From Octopus vulgaris (lineage: Eukaryota): a DNA stretch of 64,000 nt. The DNA is taken from positions 2,852,001 through 2,916,000 of the forward strand of contig OX597818.1 of assembly GCA_951406725.2 (NCBI GenBank). Direction: 5' to 3'. This document shows, in pieces, positions 25,860 to 38,470 of this stretch. The translations under genes and the position numbers were made by a program. Positions within the stretch are counted from its first letter, which is position 1. Every line of letters starts with the position of its first letter. The notes beneath the pieces are model-generated. The model made no database searches and had not been told where the DNA came from. It saw nothing but the letters and a program-made list of their open reading frames with translations.

Positions 25860-26800
25860 TGCATTCCAAATTTTTGAAACTTTTTCTGGAGAGACACTTA
25901 CTAATTTAAAAAAAGTACAAAATTCTAATATCTTTCAAAGTAGGATTCTCTAAATTCAGTGCATTGTTGTAATGCTTCAGCCACTTTGTGACAGCACTAT
26001 GGCCAAAGTGACGGTGTCCAGGATCCTTATCACAGCTTCCTTCATCTTCTCAAAGTCTTCAAAACAACTGCCCTTGAGATTCTCCTTCAGCTTAGGGAAC
26101 AACCAAAAGTCACAGAGAACAAGATCTGAACTGTAGGGAGAGTGAGAGACAGTTTTGTTACCAGTCTCTGTCAAGTAACTGGTTACTAGGATGGAATTGT
26201 GGACTGGTGCATTGTCTTGGTGCAGGTGATGAAATCTTTTCCTGAACTCACTCAAAATCTCCACAACAAAAGGTACCAAAGTATCTTTTGTTAACTGTCT
26301 GGCTAGAGGGAACCCATTGAATGTAGATGTTGCTCTTGTTGTTTGGAAAGGGAATCATCATGAGCTTCCTAGTAGACTTGAAGTAATAAGCTCAACCATC
26401 TCCTTGCAGTCACCAATGTGCCTTTCCTTCTGTTCATCACTGAGCACACTATGAAAAACTGCACACAAATTTTGTACATGCTTAGATCTTCATGAATAAT
26501 TCTGTGTACAGTTGCTACACCAACTGTATACAGTATTCTTATTGTCTTTATAGACACATGAAAATCTTCATCCAGAAAAGTGAATTTTCTCAATCAGATC
26601 AGATGTTCTCCTCTCATCATCTCTCTCTTCCTCTCTACTATCCTTGAACTTCTTAGTCTAGTAAAAACTAGATGCTTGAGTCACACAAGTTAATCCATAA
26701 GCAACCAGGAACATTTCGTAAGTTTCAATAGCACGTTTGCCCAGTTTAACACAAAACTTTGCTGCATAGTGAGCTTCCAAATTGTCTTCATGTCTCAACT
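25860..26800 (-). mobile_element. Mariner (DD34D-type) transposase remnant
   Basis: HQDNAPVH and YSSDLVLCDFWLFPKLK in ORF 25977-26279; HTH remnant in 26369-26593. Confidence 0.85.
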
Positions 26801-26909
26801 GTATTTTGCATAGTTAGCTGTGACAAACAATATTTAGTAGGGTGTGTTCAAAGTTCTGTTACAGTCATCTCCTTCAATATGGAATAAAAATGTTGGCAGA
26901 TCAACTTAC

Positions 26910-27056
26910 AGGATATAAATAATAATATACTAAACTTATAAAATATCTAAGGCATTTATAACTGCTTCTCCTAAATAAGTCACAAACCTTCTGGACTATG
27001 CCTCAAATGTTCAAGGAAATAGTCTTGCTTGATATACAGAAATGGAGTAGGTATAA
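26910..27056 (-). pseudogene. Candidate exon, end of TOP domain / S2-like
   Basis: YSISVYQARLFP*TFEA*SRRFVTYLGEAVINALDIL*V*YIIYI, ending at a GTAAGT donor. Confidence 0.35.
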
Positions 27057-27069
27057 ACTCCATACATTT

Positions 27070-28030
27070 AAGCTATACATACTTAAGTTAAGCTATAAAT
27101 ATATAAGAGATGTAGTGGAATCAATGGCAGACTAGAAGGGAACATAAAACTTCATATTTGATAAATGCACAGGATCAGTACATACTGCAAACAAGCCCAA
27201 AATAGACTTTCTTGAAATAGACTTTCATAAAGGAGTCAATAGATTTTGTTATCTCAGATGTAATTAGCAAAGGAGGTGGTTGCCCTGAAAGTACAGTAGC
27301 CAAAGTCAGAATGGTTTGAAGAAAGTTAAGGGAGTTACTATCATTGTTTTCAACAAAAGTCTTTTTGCAGAGTGAAGGTGAGATTGTATAATGTTTGTGT
27401 TTGAACTGCATGGTAGCGAAACACGGGGCTTGAATGCAGAGGACTTCAGAAAACAAGAAAGAAATGAAGCGAGCATAATGTGGATGTGCAATGTGAGTGT
27501 GTATGAGAAAAACTAAACATAAGAAGTTTCAGGTATAGTGTGCAAGAAAGATGACCATGCTAGTATGGTCACCCTTCAGCCCACCTAATTTTTGTTGCAG
27601 GTAACCACTTCATCTCCTCATCTCCTGCTTCCCATACAAACTAGCAGCTTCTCCCTCACTTCTGTTCACCTTGAGGGTGCACTTGGACACCTCACCTCCA
27701 CTATCTCTTTGCAGCTTCTACTGATCATCCTCTTTCTCCCTTACTAAATGCGACTAGCTATGCAACTCTTCTAAAAGAACCTGCTTTAACCCCACTCTCA
27801 CTTCTTGCATACTTTAGCCCCCCTCTGTCCCTTAGGGTTTGTACTCTTGTGAACTGCATAGTAGCATCAGGAAAGCATTCAATCAGTTGATATTAGAAAG
27901 GGCATCCAACTATAGAAACCATGCCAAACAGACACCGGAGTCATAATTCAGTCTCTTGATCCACTGGATCCTGTCAAACAATCAACCCATACTAGCATAG
28001 AACATGGACATTAAATGATGATGATAATGA
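27070..28030 (+). mobile_element. Old RTE fragments with 3' tail
   Basis: Decayed RT C-terminus; tail GGACATTAAATGATGATG at ~28005-28030. Confidence 0.65.
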
Positions 28031-28348
28031 TATGTGTATGTATATCATGTTTTTTGCCCTTGCTGGGTTTTTTTTATTTTTTATTCTGGTATGTTTCATC
28101 ATCTGTCAACACTCTTTTTGCTTCTCCCCCATTTTCTTTTATCAGTACACACACACACACACACATGCATACAGATTGTTCAGTACTTGCCCACACTGGC
28201 CAAATTCTTTGATCATGTAAAGTCTTAATCACCTCCTTAAGGTTTTGCTTTTCTCCTCTCCATGTATCCCTATTGTAATATAGTTACTCATCTTCAATTA
28301 TTGTAGCATAACCATTATTTATGATGATACATTTTTACACTATAACTG

Positions 28349-31300
28349 TGTAGTAACAATAAAATATATAAGGGTAACAACAATGTAACAATCCAACAAA
28401 CTCTCCATGAACTATACACGAACCAACAAATGATATTCTGACAAACTACCAAAACAACACCTAATGACTTCCTGTGATTAATGCCCGCTCTTTCTCTCTG
28501 ACTCTGACTGCTACTATTCATAGTCATTTGGTCAAGTCTATTCTTGCAGAGAGTGTTGTGACTCTCACCACAACATATCCCCTTTTGAGATTTCGATTTC
28601 TATAGGAAATGAAATTCATTTTATTGTTATTATTATTTTATTTTTTGTTTCTAATACCTCTCCCTTTTTGAAATTTTGTTTCCTTAGGGAGTTCAGTACC
28701 TTTTCCACTTAGGAATTATTTTTAAATGTTCAGTCTGTTTACATTTCATGTTACTGCTCCTTCTAGACTCAATCTCTTTTGGTACTAGCACATTGAACAT
28801 GTAAAACACTTCCATTGGAATTTCCTTCCTTTCTTCTGTATATCGGATTTTTAATCGATTTAGGTGTTGTTAATACTCTCATTGTTGGCTTTTTATTAAA
28901 TATTTTATGTTTACAATTCTTTTAGTCATTACACCATCCTGCTGACTCTACCGTTCTTGTATAATTTGAAATGGATTGTGTCTCTGACATCAAATGTACA
29001 GTTGAATTTTTTGCATTTTCTCTTTATGTTTTTCCTTTGTTGAAGATCGATTTAATCTTTCAAGTGAAAATTAGCTCTGCAGGGGACTTGCATGAACTGG
29101 TGTTTGGATTGGGTGTTATTCTGTACACTTTTGAAAATTTAGTTATCACTTTGTCATTTCCTAACTCATTCCTTGCTTTTTTTAGCACTTGCTTGAAAGT
29201 ATCTATGAATAATTTTGCTTGCCCATATGACCTCGGGTGGTAGGGTGGGGTAAATATGTGCTTGATTGCATGCATTTTGCAGAATTTCTTGTATCCCGTA
29301 AATTTTGTTCCATTGTCTGATACTATGGTGTCTGGAACACCGTATTGAGCAAAAAGTTCATGCAGAAATTTATTGTTGCCTTTGAGGTAGATTGACCATA
29401 CCTGCCTACTTCTGTCCACTTGGTAAAGCTATCAACAATGATCAAGTAGCAAGTGCCATTCATTGGTCCAGCGTAGTCTATATGTACCCTGGACCATGAT
29501 TGGTATTTCACTGATGGTGCCTTGGCTGCTAGCACACAACCTCTACATGAATTTACCAAATATTCAATGTCCCAGTCCATTGTCAGCCAATACACATAAC
29601 TCCTCATCAAAGCTTTCATTCTTGATATCCCCGGGTGTCCACTATGAAATTCATGTAATATCCATTTCTGTAGTGCAGTTGGTACAACCACTCTTTGTAT
29701 GTACATTAATACATCGACGCAGAGTGAAAAATGGTTCACATTCGTGTTTCTCTTTTGTTTATTTTTTAAGGTTTCCTTCATTTTTATGATGTATTTGTCC
29801 TCTACTGATTTACTTTTTATATCTTGTACAGTCACTGGCAACTCCTGAATGACATTACACATAATGTTTTTAATTTCCTTTTCTGATTATAGTGTGGCTA
29901 TCACCATATCTTCCAGTGGTTCTGTATTCTCCAGAATTAGCCTAGATGAACAAACTGCATGGACAATTTTCTTAGAAGGAATGTACTCCATCTTAAAGTT
30001 GTAATTTAACAATATTGTACCCCAGGATTGTAATCTGTTAGATATATGGGTAGGTATTCCTTTCTTCAATCCAAAAATTGATAGTAATGTTCAGTGATCC
30101 ATCTGAAGTCAAAAACTTCTACCGTGGAGAAATCTGAGATACTTCTTCACAGCAAAAATAATCACTAGAGCTTCTTTCTCTATCTGACTGTTGTTTTTTT
30201 TTTCTGCTGCAATCAGAGCACATGAGACATGAACTACTGCCTTCACATTACTATCTTTATATTTGTGTAGCAAAACTGCTCCTACACCATATTCAGAAAC
30301 ATCAGAAGCTGCAACAATCTCCACTGCAGGATCAAAATGAGGCAGTGACAAATCCAAAATGAATATTTTTTTAATATCCTGAAATGCCTTTTGATAGTTA
30401 TTTGACCAATTCTATTTGGCGTCATTCTTAAACAAATTATTAAGTGGAGCTCTCAATTAATACATGTTTGGTATGTAATTTTGATAATAGTTATAATGTT
30501 ATCATGTTAGTTGGGGGAGGCTTATTTTTATTGCATCTGCCTTCGACGGATCAGGTCATCTTCCATTATTATCTATAATTTCTCCTCACTGAGTGTGAAA
30601 CTGTAATCTCTTATTTTTTGAAAAACACACTTCACATGAGATTCACTTTTAATACATCATGGAATTGCAAATTGACAATCTGCCAACATCACATCCATAA
30701 CCTGTTGAAATATTGCAAATGTGACCTTCAGACCAAATGACAATCTATTATATTTGTATAGTCCTCTGTGCATACTAACTGTTAGAGGCTTTGAGCATTC
30801 CTTGTCGACTTTAATTTGTAGATGCACATCAGACAAATCTAGTTTCAAAAATATTTTGCCATCATTTAATTTTGGAACAATATCCTCTGGAGTAGGCAGT
30901 GGATAGTGGCACGTTTTTAAACAGTCATTCATACCAGTAGAAAAATTGGCACGCACTCTGATTTTGTTATTTTTTTTAATACACACAGTTGGTGCTGCCC
31001 CCTTAGAATAATCTACTTTTTGAATAATTCCCAATTTCTCCAGTCTGTCTAATTCTTCTTCCAGTACCTGTTTTCTATTAGGTTTGAATACAAGTACGAC
31101 ATTTTCCTTTATTTGAAAACAGGCTTTAGTCTTAGAACAAAGACCTAATTTATCTGAGAGCACTACAGGAAACAAGTTTTTAAATTTTTTCTTCAATTCA
31201 GCTGCTGAATTATTTTTACTGGTGGGACAACCATTTATTTTTTTACAAAACAGACTTATAGAGAGGTCCCATAAGTCAAACAACTCCAACCAGTCTGTAC

Positions 31301-31600
31301 TGATCAGACTGGTTGCATTTTTCACCATGAAAACATTTGCTCTACAGGTTTTTCCCTGAAATGTGATATCACTCCACATTTCACCTATGAAGTGTAGTTT
31401 TTCACCTGTCATGCCTCATGTAAGTTTTGATGTTTTTCTTAATATAAGTTTCCCAATTCTTATCCACATGTCAGTATTAATAACTGAGATGTCATTTACT
31501 TCTACGTGTACAAATTTCCACTTTATTAAATATATTATGTTCCATTGAGAAAACTTCAAAATGTTTTATGTTCAGCCTTCCTAACTTTTCTCTGCAATGT
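28349..31600 (-). mobile_element. Gypsy LTR retrotransposon (pol remnants plus 3' LTR ~28349-28575)
   Basis: RT (YPLP, KLDLSD, FGLK), RNase H (ASDVSEYGVGAVL), integrase (HSGHPG, HIDYAGP, VSDNG); polypurine tract AAAAGGGGATA next to the LTR TG. Confidence 0.9.
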
Positions 31601-31639
31601 GAGCTCATGAATCTCATTATAAACAACATGGACCCATTC

Positions 31640-31856
31640 ACGAGTGAATCTCATTATGAACAACATGGACCCATTTTCTTCTTAAGAAAAAATATATTTT
31701 CATATAAATTAAACATTGTATCATGAATAGCGATTGCGAAACCGGTCGATACATTAAGAATTATACTATAACCATGTAAGTGTGCGTATTTTCCGTTTTT
31801 ATTTTTCTTATATACATTACAATCCACCACGTGGGGACAACCGAAATTCCTCTTTT
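31640..31856 (-). pseudogene. Candidate exon, TOP-domain-like
   Basis: NGKYAHLHGYSIILNVSTGFAIAIHDTMFNLYENIFFL, then after a frameshift ENGSMLFIMRFT; resembles the polycystin G..Y..GY...L...L.EN.W.D..TRA.FIEF pattern. Confidence 0.45.
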
Positions 31857-31932
31857 CTGTTACTACTATATATATATATATATACATACATATACTTTTA
31901 CTGTTAGATCTAATTATCCTTTATCTAAATCT

Positions 31933-31972
<40 letters not shown>

Positions 31973-32085
31973 CATATACTTTTACTGTTAGATCTAATTA
32001 TCCTTTATCTGGATATACCCATCTTTATACACATTTTAAAAATAATCTTATTATACTTATGGGAGGAGCCCTTGGTTTTCATTAC

Positions 32086-33258
32086 CCACATAGGTGTTTG
32101 GTTCTTCCTATATATATATTTTACATGCAAAAATGCAAGCATGAAAAGTCATATTCTTAAGATTACAAACCTGGAAAAGTACAAGACAAGTTATCACACT
32201 TATAAGAGTATAGGACAAGCTATTACTTCAAGTAAGAAAGAATAAGAAACTTTTTACTTAAAAATCAAATTTTTTTTTCTTAGTGAAAATTATGCAGGTG
32301 TTAATATAGAAATTGACCATAATGTTGTTCACCTCAAATCAACCCTGATACTGCAAACGTATCATCAAAGACATTCCAGCCTTCAGCAAACTGTCTTTTT
32401 AGGGATAATTGAGGACATTACATACAATGGGCATGTGATTTAGGTAGGGGGATACTTTGGTTGCTATTTTTAGAGTGTTGAGTGACCAGGTAGAGGCTCT
32501 TTCATTGGTTCGATTGCGTGATGAGATTTTTTTACACATATATGTAATATGTATATATATATCATCGGCAGAAGTTAGAAAGTAAGTCAAAGGCTGAGAG
32601 TTTCATGTATTGGCGCTTATCAAACACAAATTTGTCCATTGTCACTCTGTAACTTCTGACAAAATAACTTCTAAAATACAAAATTTTGTCAAAAGTGTTA
32701 AGAGTAAACCCTGTTCTATGTGACACATTCTACCAGTATCAGAAGTTTGAAAAAATTGATAAAATAATCTGTACTTCTAATTGAATAGATCCAAAATGGA
32801 TGAAAAGCAAAGTCAACCTCAGCGGAATTTGAACTTAGAATGTAAAAACAGATGAAATACTGCTTAACAAAATTTTGTTAAGAACATTCAGAATAAACCC
32901 TGTTCTATGTAATGTATTCTACCAGTATCGGAAGTTTGAGAGTGTTTAGTTTTAAAAAATTAATTAAATAATCTGTACGTCAAAGTTGACCTCAGTGAAA
33001 TTTGAACTCAAAACATAAAGACAGACGAAATACAGTTTAGCATTTCACCTGGTGCACTAACATTTCTGCCAGTTCACCACCTTAGAATGTAAACATACAT
33101 TTTAGAAATATATACTTTGTTCTTATTACTTAAGCGTTACTTCTTACTTACTGACATTAAATTTCGTAACATTTTACCTCATAACTGTTTTTCTACTAAT
33201 TTTTGTTCAATGCGACTAATGATTCTGAATTCCTCATGCATTTTTCAATCATTTAAGC
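32086..33258 (-). pseudogene. Two candidate exons (33178-33258 and 32086-32170), pre-S1/S1-like
   Basis: 81-nt AG..GT-bounded segment GLND*KMHEEFRIISRIEQKLVEKQL*, and FVILRI*LFMLAFLHVKYIYRKNQTPMW after a CTTTTCCAG acceptor; the stops are TGA. Confidence 0.4.
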
Positions 33259-33592
33259 CTAAGAAAAGTATACTTTTAATTTAAAATTTAAAAATTTATG
33301 TTAAATGAAGATGAATATCTGCCTTACTGCCCTCTTGAGATCTGACATATTTTGATGTAACTTTTTTCCCACTGAACCAAATCTCAAACTATTTATGTCA
33401 AAGTGTAGCTGAGGATGTGTCCTCTTTAAAACTATTAACAGTTTGCAATTTAGTTGAGAACTGAATTAGTGGTGAAGCTTGGAAGCTTCTGCGATTGACG
33501 AAATGGTGAACTTAAGAATATATTCAACCACTATCGTGGTTGAATGATATATGTATGTGTGAATATATATATATATATATATAAGTAAAAGA

Positions 33593-33630
<38 letters not shown>

Positions 33631-33634
<4 letters not shown>

Positions 33635-33827
33635 GTGCGGGTGGCACGTAAAAAGTACCCACTACACTCTCGGAGTGGTTGGCGTTAGGAAGGGCATCCA
33701 GCCGTAGAAACACTGCCAGATTTGACTGGGCCTGATGAAGCCTTCTGGCTTCACAGACCCCAGTAGAACCGTCCAACCCATGCTAGCATGGAAAACGGAC
33801 GCTAAACGATGATGATGATGATGATGA
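33631..33827 (+). mobile_element. RTE 3' end fragment in a TA microsatellite
   Basis: 3' UTR motif and (GAT)n tail. Confidence 0.85.
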
Positions 33828-33888
33828 TATATATATATGCATGAAAAAATGTAACTCTTTTCCCAAATGGATTGAACATCATATTCAA

Positions 33889-33968
33889 GGCTCTGATGAA
33901 GCTATAAGATGTTACTCAGGCACTCAACTATGAGTCCACTGCAACTTAAGTAGAAACAACTGTGAGCT
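33889..33968 (+). ncRNA. Degenerate hammerhead motif
   Basis: GGCT-CTGATGA-A-GCT...AGT-A-GAAA-CAACTG-TG-AGCT; the triplet is GUG, so probably inactive. Confidence 0.5.
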
Positions 33969-34124
33969 AATGAAATTCATAAGATAATCGTTTATTCATT
34001 TGTCATCTCATTTTCTTATTACTACTTTGTACTTGACTAATGCTTTCTTCTGAAGCATATGTATATTGACTTCTACACCAGGTTATTAGTCTTGCAATGC
34101 CTAAGTGAAAAATGTATATATATC

Positions 34125-34425
34125 ATTATTCAGTTTATTTCAAGATTTCTTGCCAATAGAGAAAGAACCAGTTTCTAACCTAGATCCAAGCTCCTTCATT
34201 GGAATTTCACCATCAACAACAAGGTATTTTTGTTTGTATGTATTCTCATGCATATAGTTGCATATCTAGACTAGCTCATATATATTTAAATAATAAATTC
34301 TGGAGAGTTTTACAGATTTTTACAGTTTCGGTGATGGATTGGATCTGTAGTCTTTGAATTAGCTTTCTCCTTTCTGGTTTTGAGAAGCCTAATTTCTCAA
34401 GATTGGTATTGAGGCAGTGTATTAC
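34125..34425 (-). mobile_element. R4/Dong-like LINE 3' end
   Basis: Highly similar to 44785-45070. Confidence 0.75.
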
Positions 34426-34498
34426 ATATATACATATATGTGTGCGTGTATGTATGTATGTATGTATGTATGTATGTATGTATGTATGTATGTATGTA

Positions 34499-37400
34499 TG
34501 TTATAACAATACAAAATAGAAACAGCAGCAGTTACAAACATGTAATGAACCAACAATCTTTTACAAAGCAACAATCAATATTTCCAACACACAAACTTGA
34601 ACTGTAAACTGTACCTGGACTTCAAAGACCAAACTATGAACTGCCGACTACATCAGACCACTATTATTTATATGTAGTAGTCCTGTTAATTCTCGTTATG
34701 GAATGTCGTATTTTTGCCACAACATCTCCCCTTTTGAGACTACGAGTTCTGAAGAAATAAAGTTATTTTATTTATCATTATTATTATCTTTTAGCATCTT
34801 TTTTGCTTGGGCCTTATCTCAAGGTGTTCGGTCTGCTTCTGTTTTCTCATGCTGGTTCTACGGGACTCCATTGCTTTCGGGGCTGGGACATCGAATACAT
34901 CAAAGAATACTTCCATAGGAATTTCTCTCTGTTCTTCGATATGTCTCTTCTTTAGCTGATTTATGTGTCTATTATGTTCCCAGCATTGTCCTTTAATTAG
35001 ATACACCATACTTCCTATTTCTTTTAGAAGGCCATCCTGTTTTCCTTTTACCATTTCTGTAGGTTTTAAAATGCACTTTATCTCCATACTTAGAAATGTT
35101 TCATTGCATCTTTCATATTTCCTTTACATCTTTTTTCTCTGTTAATAACTTATCAAAAATCGAGTTTATTCTTCTTGCAAACATCAGCTCTGCAAGTGAC
35201 TTTCCTGAATTTGTACTTAGATTGGAGGTTACTCTATATACCCTTAAGAATTTTGTTAGTGCTTTGTCGTTACTTAATTCATTCCTAGCTTTTCTTAATG
35301 CTCTTTTGAATGTGTCCATGAATCTTTCTACCTGCCCATTTGACCTTGGGTAGTAGGGTGGAGTGAAAATATGCATTATTGCATGCATTTTACAGGAGTT
35401 CTTGAATTCATATACCGAGAACTGTGTTCTATTATCAAAAACTAACATGTTCAGTACACCATATCATGCAAACAATCCAAATAGGGACTTTATAGTTTTC
35501 TTAGCAGTTGGTTTATTGCACTTGCATACCTTTAACCACTTTGTACAGCTGTCTACCATGATTAGATAGCAAGCACTGTTTACCTATCCAGCATAGTCTA
35601 CATGTAACCTAGACCATGGGTTCTGTCTCCAGCCATATTTTACCAGCAGGGCTTTGGCCATGAGTGCACAATCTCAACAAGTTCTCACCGACTTTTCGAT
35701 GTCCCGGTCCATAGTCAGCCATTAGATGTAGCTCCTCATCAGAACGTTCATCCTCGACATTCCCAGGTCTCCACTGTTGAATTGCTGCAATATACATTTT
35801 TGTAATGTAGTCGTACTACAACTCTTTGCGCATTCATCAGAATATCATCACATATTGAGAAGCTACTCGAGTTTGTATTTTTATTCTGCTTTATTTTTGT
35901 TTCTTTATTTCTTTATTGCTTATTTCTTTTTTGTTGCTTTATTTCTGCTTTATTTTTGTAATATACTCATTGCCTACAGACTTCATTCTTATATCCTGTG
36001 CAGTCACTGGTAGTTCTTGGATAACATTAGTCATAGTACTTTTTATTTCATTTTCGGGCTGCAGTACAGCTATCATGGCATATTCTAGTGATGCCATATT
36101 ATTGAGAATTAGTCTCAATAGACAGTCTGCATGACCAATTTTTTCGATGGAATATACTGCATTTTGAAATTGTAATTTAGTATTATTATATCCCAACATT
36201 GTAGTCAGTTTGCTGTATGGGTAGGTAGCCTGTTTGTAACAGAAAACTTCTACCATGTAGAAACCTGTGAAATTTTTTACAGCAAAGATAATCAATAGGG
36301 CTTCTTTTCCTATCTGACTGCATTTTTTTTCTCTGCCACTATCAGTGAGCACAAAATATAAATCACTGGTTTTGTACTTCCATCTTTATACTTGTGTAGC
36401 AAAACTGCTCCAATTCCATACTCTGAAGCATCAGAAGTTACAACAATGTTTATTTCTAGAGACAAATCTGCAATTAGAATTTTTTTTATTTCTTCAAACG
36501 CGTTTTGGCATTTAACCGACTGCCTTCAACGGTCAGACTATCTACCATTTTTATCAATTACTTGCCCTAAGTACCTAATTTGGGGCAAAAAGAATTCACA
36601 TTTTTCTTCACTCAAAGTGAACCCATACTCTATTATTTTCTTGAACACAGCTTTTATATGTTCCACATGCAGTTCATGCAAATTACTCTTAATCAATATA
36701 TCATCTAAATAGGGGATTGCAAATTCACAAACAGATAACTTAGCATCCATGACTTGTTGAAATATTGCTGGTGCAACCTTTAATCCAAAAGGTAACCGGG
36801 TATATCTGTACAATCCTCTCTGTGAATTTATTGTCAGATACTTTGAGCATTTGTCATTTACTTTAATCTGTAAATAAGCATCAGACAGACCACTTTGGAG
36901 AAAATTTTCCCACCATTTAATTTTGTGAAATTATCACCTGGAGTCGGGAATGGATGGTGGCATGTCTTTAAGCAGTTGTTCAATCCTGTAGAGAAATCAG
37001 CACACAGCCTAATCTTATTTTTTCTTTTTAATGCACACCTTTTTGATGATTCCACTCTTTTACCATTCTGTCCAAATGGTATTTTTCTGTTAGATTTGAA
37101 TACAGGCACAGCGTTTTCACTTACTTGAAAGCAGGCTTCACTCTTTTTACATAGACCTAAATCCTCTGATAGTACTTGAGGAAGCATCTTTTTCAGTTTT
37201 CTCTTCAATTCCTCAGACGATTTATTTTTAACGGGACAACTATTTATGTTTCTGCAGTAGAGACTTATGGCGACGTGCCATAAGTCAATAACTCCAATCT
37301 GTACCAAACAGATTGATTGTATTCTCCACAATGAATATTTTTGTTTTGTGCGTTTCTCCTCAAAATGAGATGTCAGTACACATTTCGCCCATGAAATGTA

Positions 37401-38200
37401 ATTTATTGCCTGTCATGCCATGTGCAATTTTCACTGTTTTATGTAACCTTGGTTTCCTGATTTTTCTCCATGTATCCACATTTATGATTGAAATATCACT
37501 ATCTGTATCCAACTGTAGTTTAATATTTACACCATTTATTTTTATGTGTGCAAATTTTCTTGTTTTTGTGTCATATTCATTTTCTGCTTAAAATAACTTA
37601 GAACTTTTTGCATTTGACCCTCATAATCTTGCCCTGCAGTGTGAGCTCTTGTGATCAAGTTTCTGACAACTATAGTATTTTCGGTTTTTAAACAGACACT
37701 CTTTTCTGAAGTGTAGGCCTCCACATCTGTAACTTGGATTGAGGCCTGGCACTCTTTTTTGGTAGTACTTTCTGGATCAACACATCTGTATTTTTGTGGA
37801 ATATTTGTCTTGAATTTTTTCATGTCATGCTTCAGGTTTACCATTGTTTGATATTTTTCTGCAAAGGTCTGCAGGATTATGTCTAGGTTCGCTTGCTCCA
37901 TTTTTGAGAGAATCCTTGCCTGAATTTCTCTATTTTTGGTTGCCGTAAGGTCTTGTATGAAGATAAGGGATTTAAATATATCCTGAGTGAATTCCTGAAG
38001 TTTAAAGTTTTCACACATATGGTTGACTGCTCCAGCATATGTAATAAAGTCATCATTGTCATTTTTTGTTAAGTTCCAACACTCCATTCAAGTGTTAAAT
38101 AATGAAATTTTGCCACAAAGATCTTTGAGAGTAATTCAATAGTTTCTTGGAAACAAATCTCACTCAACTTTTTGGGCAATATAAAGTGTACAGGAAATAG
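34499..38200 (-). mobile_element. Gypsy LTR retrotransposon (gag-pol remnants plus 3' LTR 34499-34724)
   Basis: LPFGLKVAPAIFQ, YLDDIL, PRSNGQVERF; PPT AAAAGGGGAGA; LTR bounded by TGTT...AACA; related to 28349-31600. Confidence 0.9.
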
Positions 38201-38470
38201 ATTCTCTAAAATATCCAAGACAACCCTTAGAGGTAATAGATAACTTCAGTAAACTAGGTCATAGATAATTAGCAGTAATAGAGGATATTCTGAAAGTAAA
38301 GAAGCTTTGCTTGATATTCAGAAAAAGAGTTTGTATAAACTCAATATGCAGTACCTAGTGTATACTATGGATGCACAAGAGATGTAGTGGAATCACTGAC
38401 AGGATAACTGAGAACATAAACTTTATATATGGTAGATGCACTAGAACACATCAGCTGGCTCATTAGAAGT

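Noticed and set aside
31610-33085. Short local duplications (37 bp at 31610-31675, ~40 bp around the TA tract at 31886-32010, ~190 bp at 32670-33000)
   Set aside because: Consistent with slippage or tandem duplication; no functional signal seen
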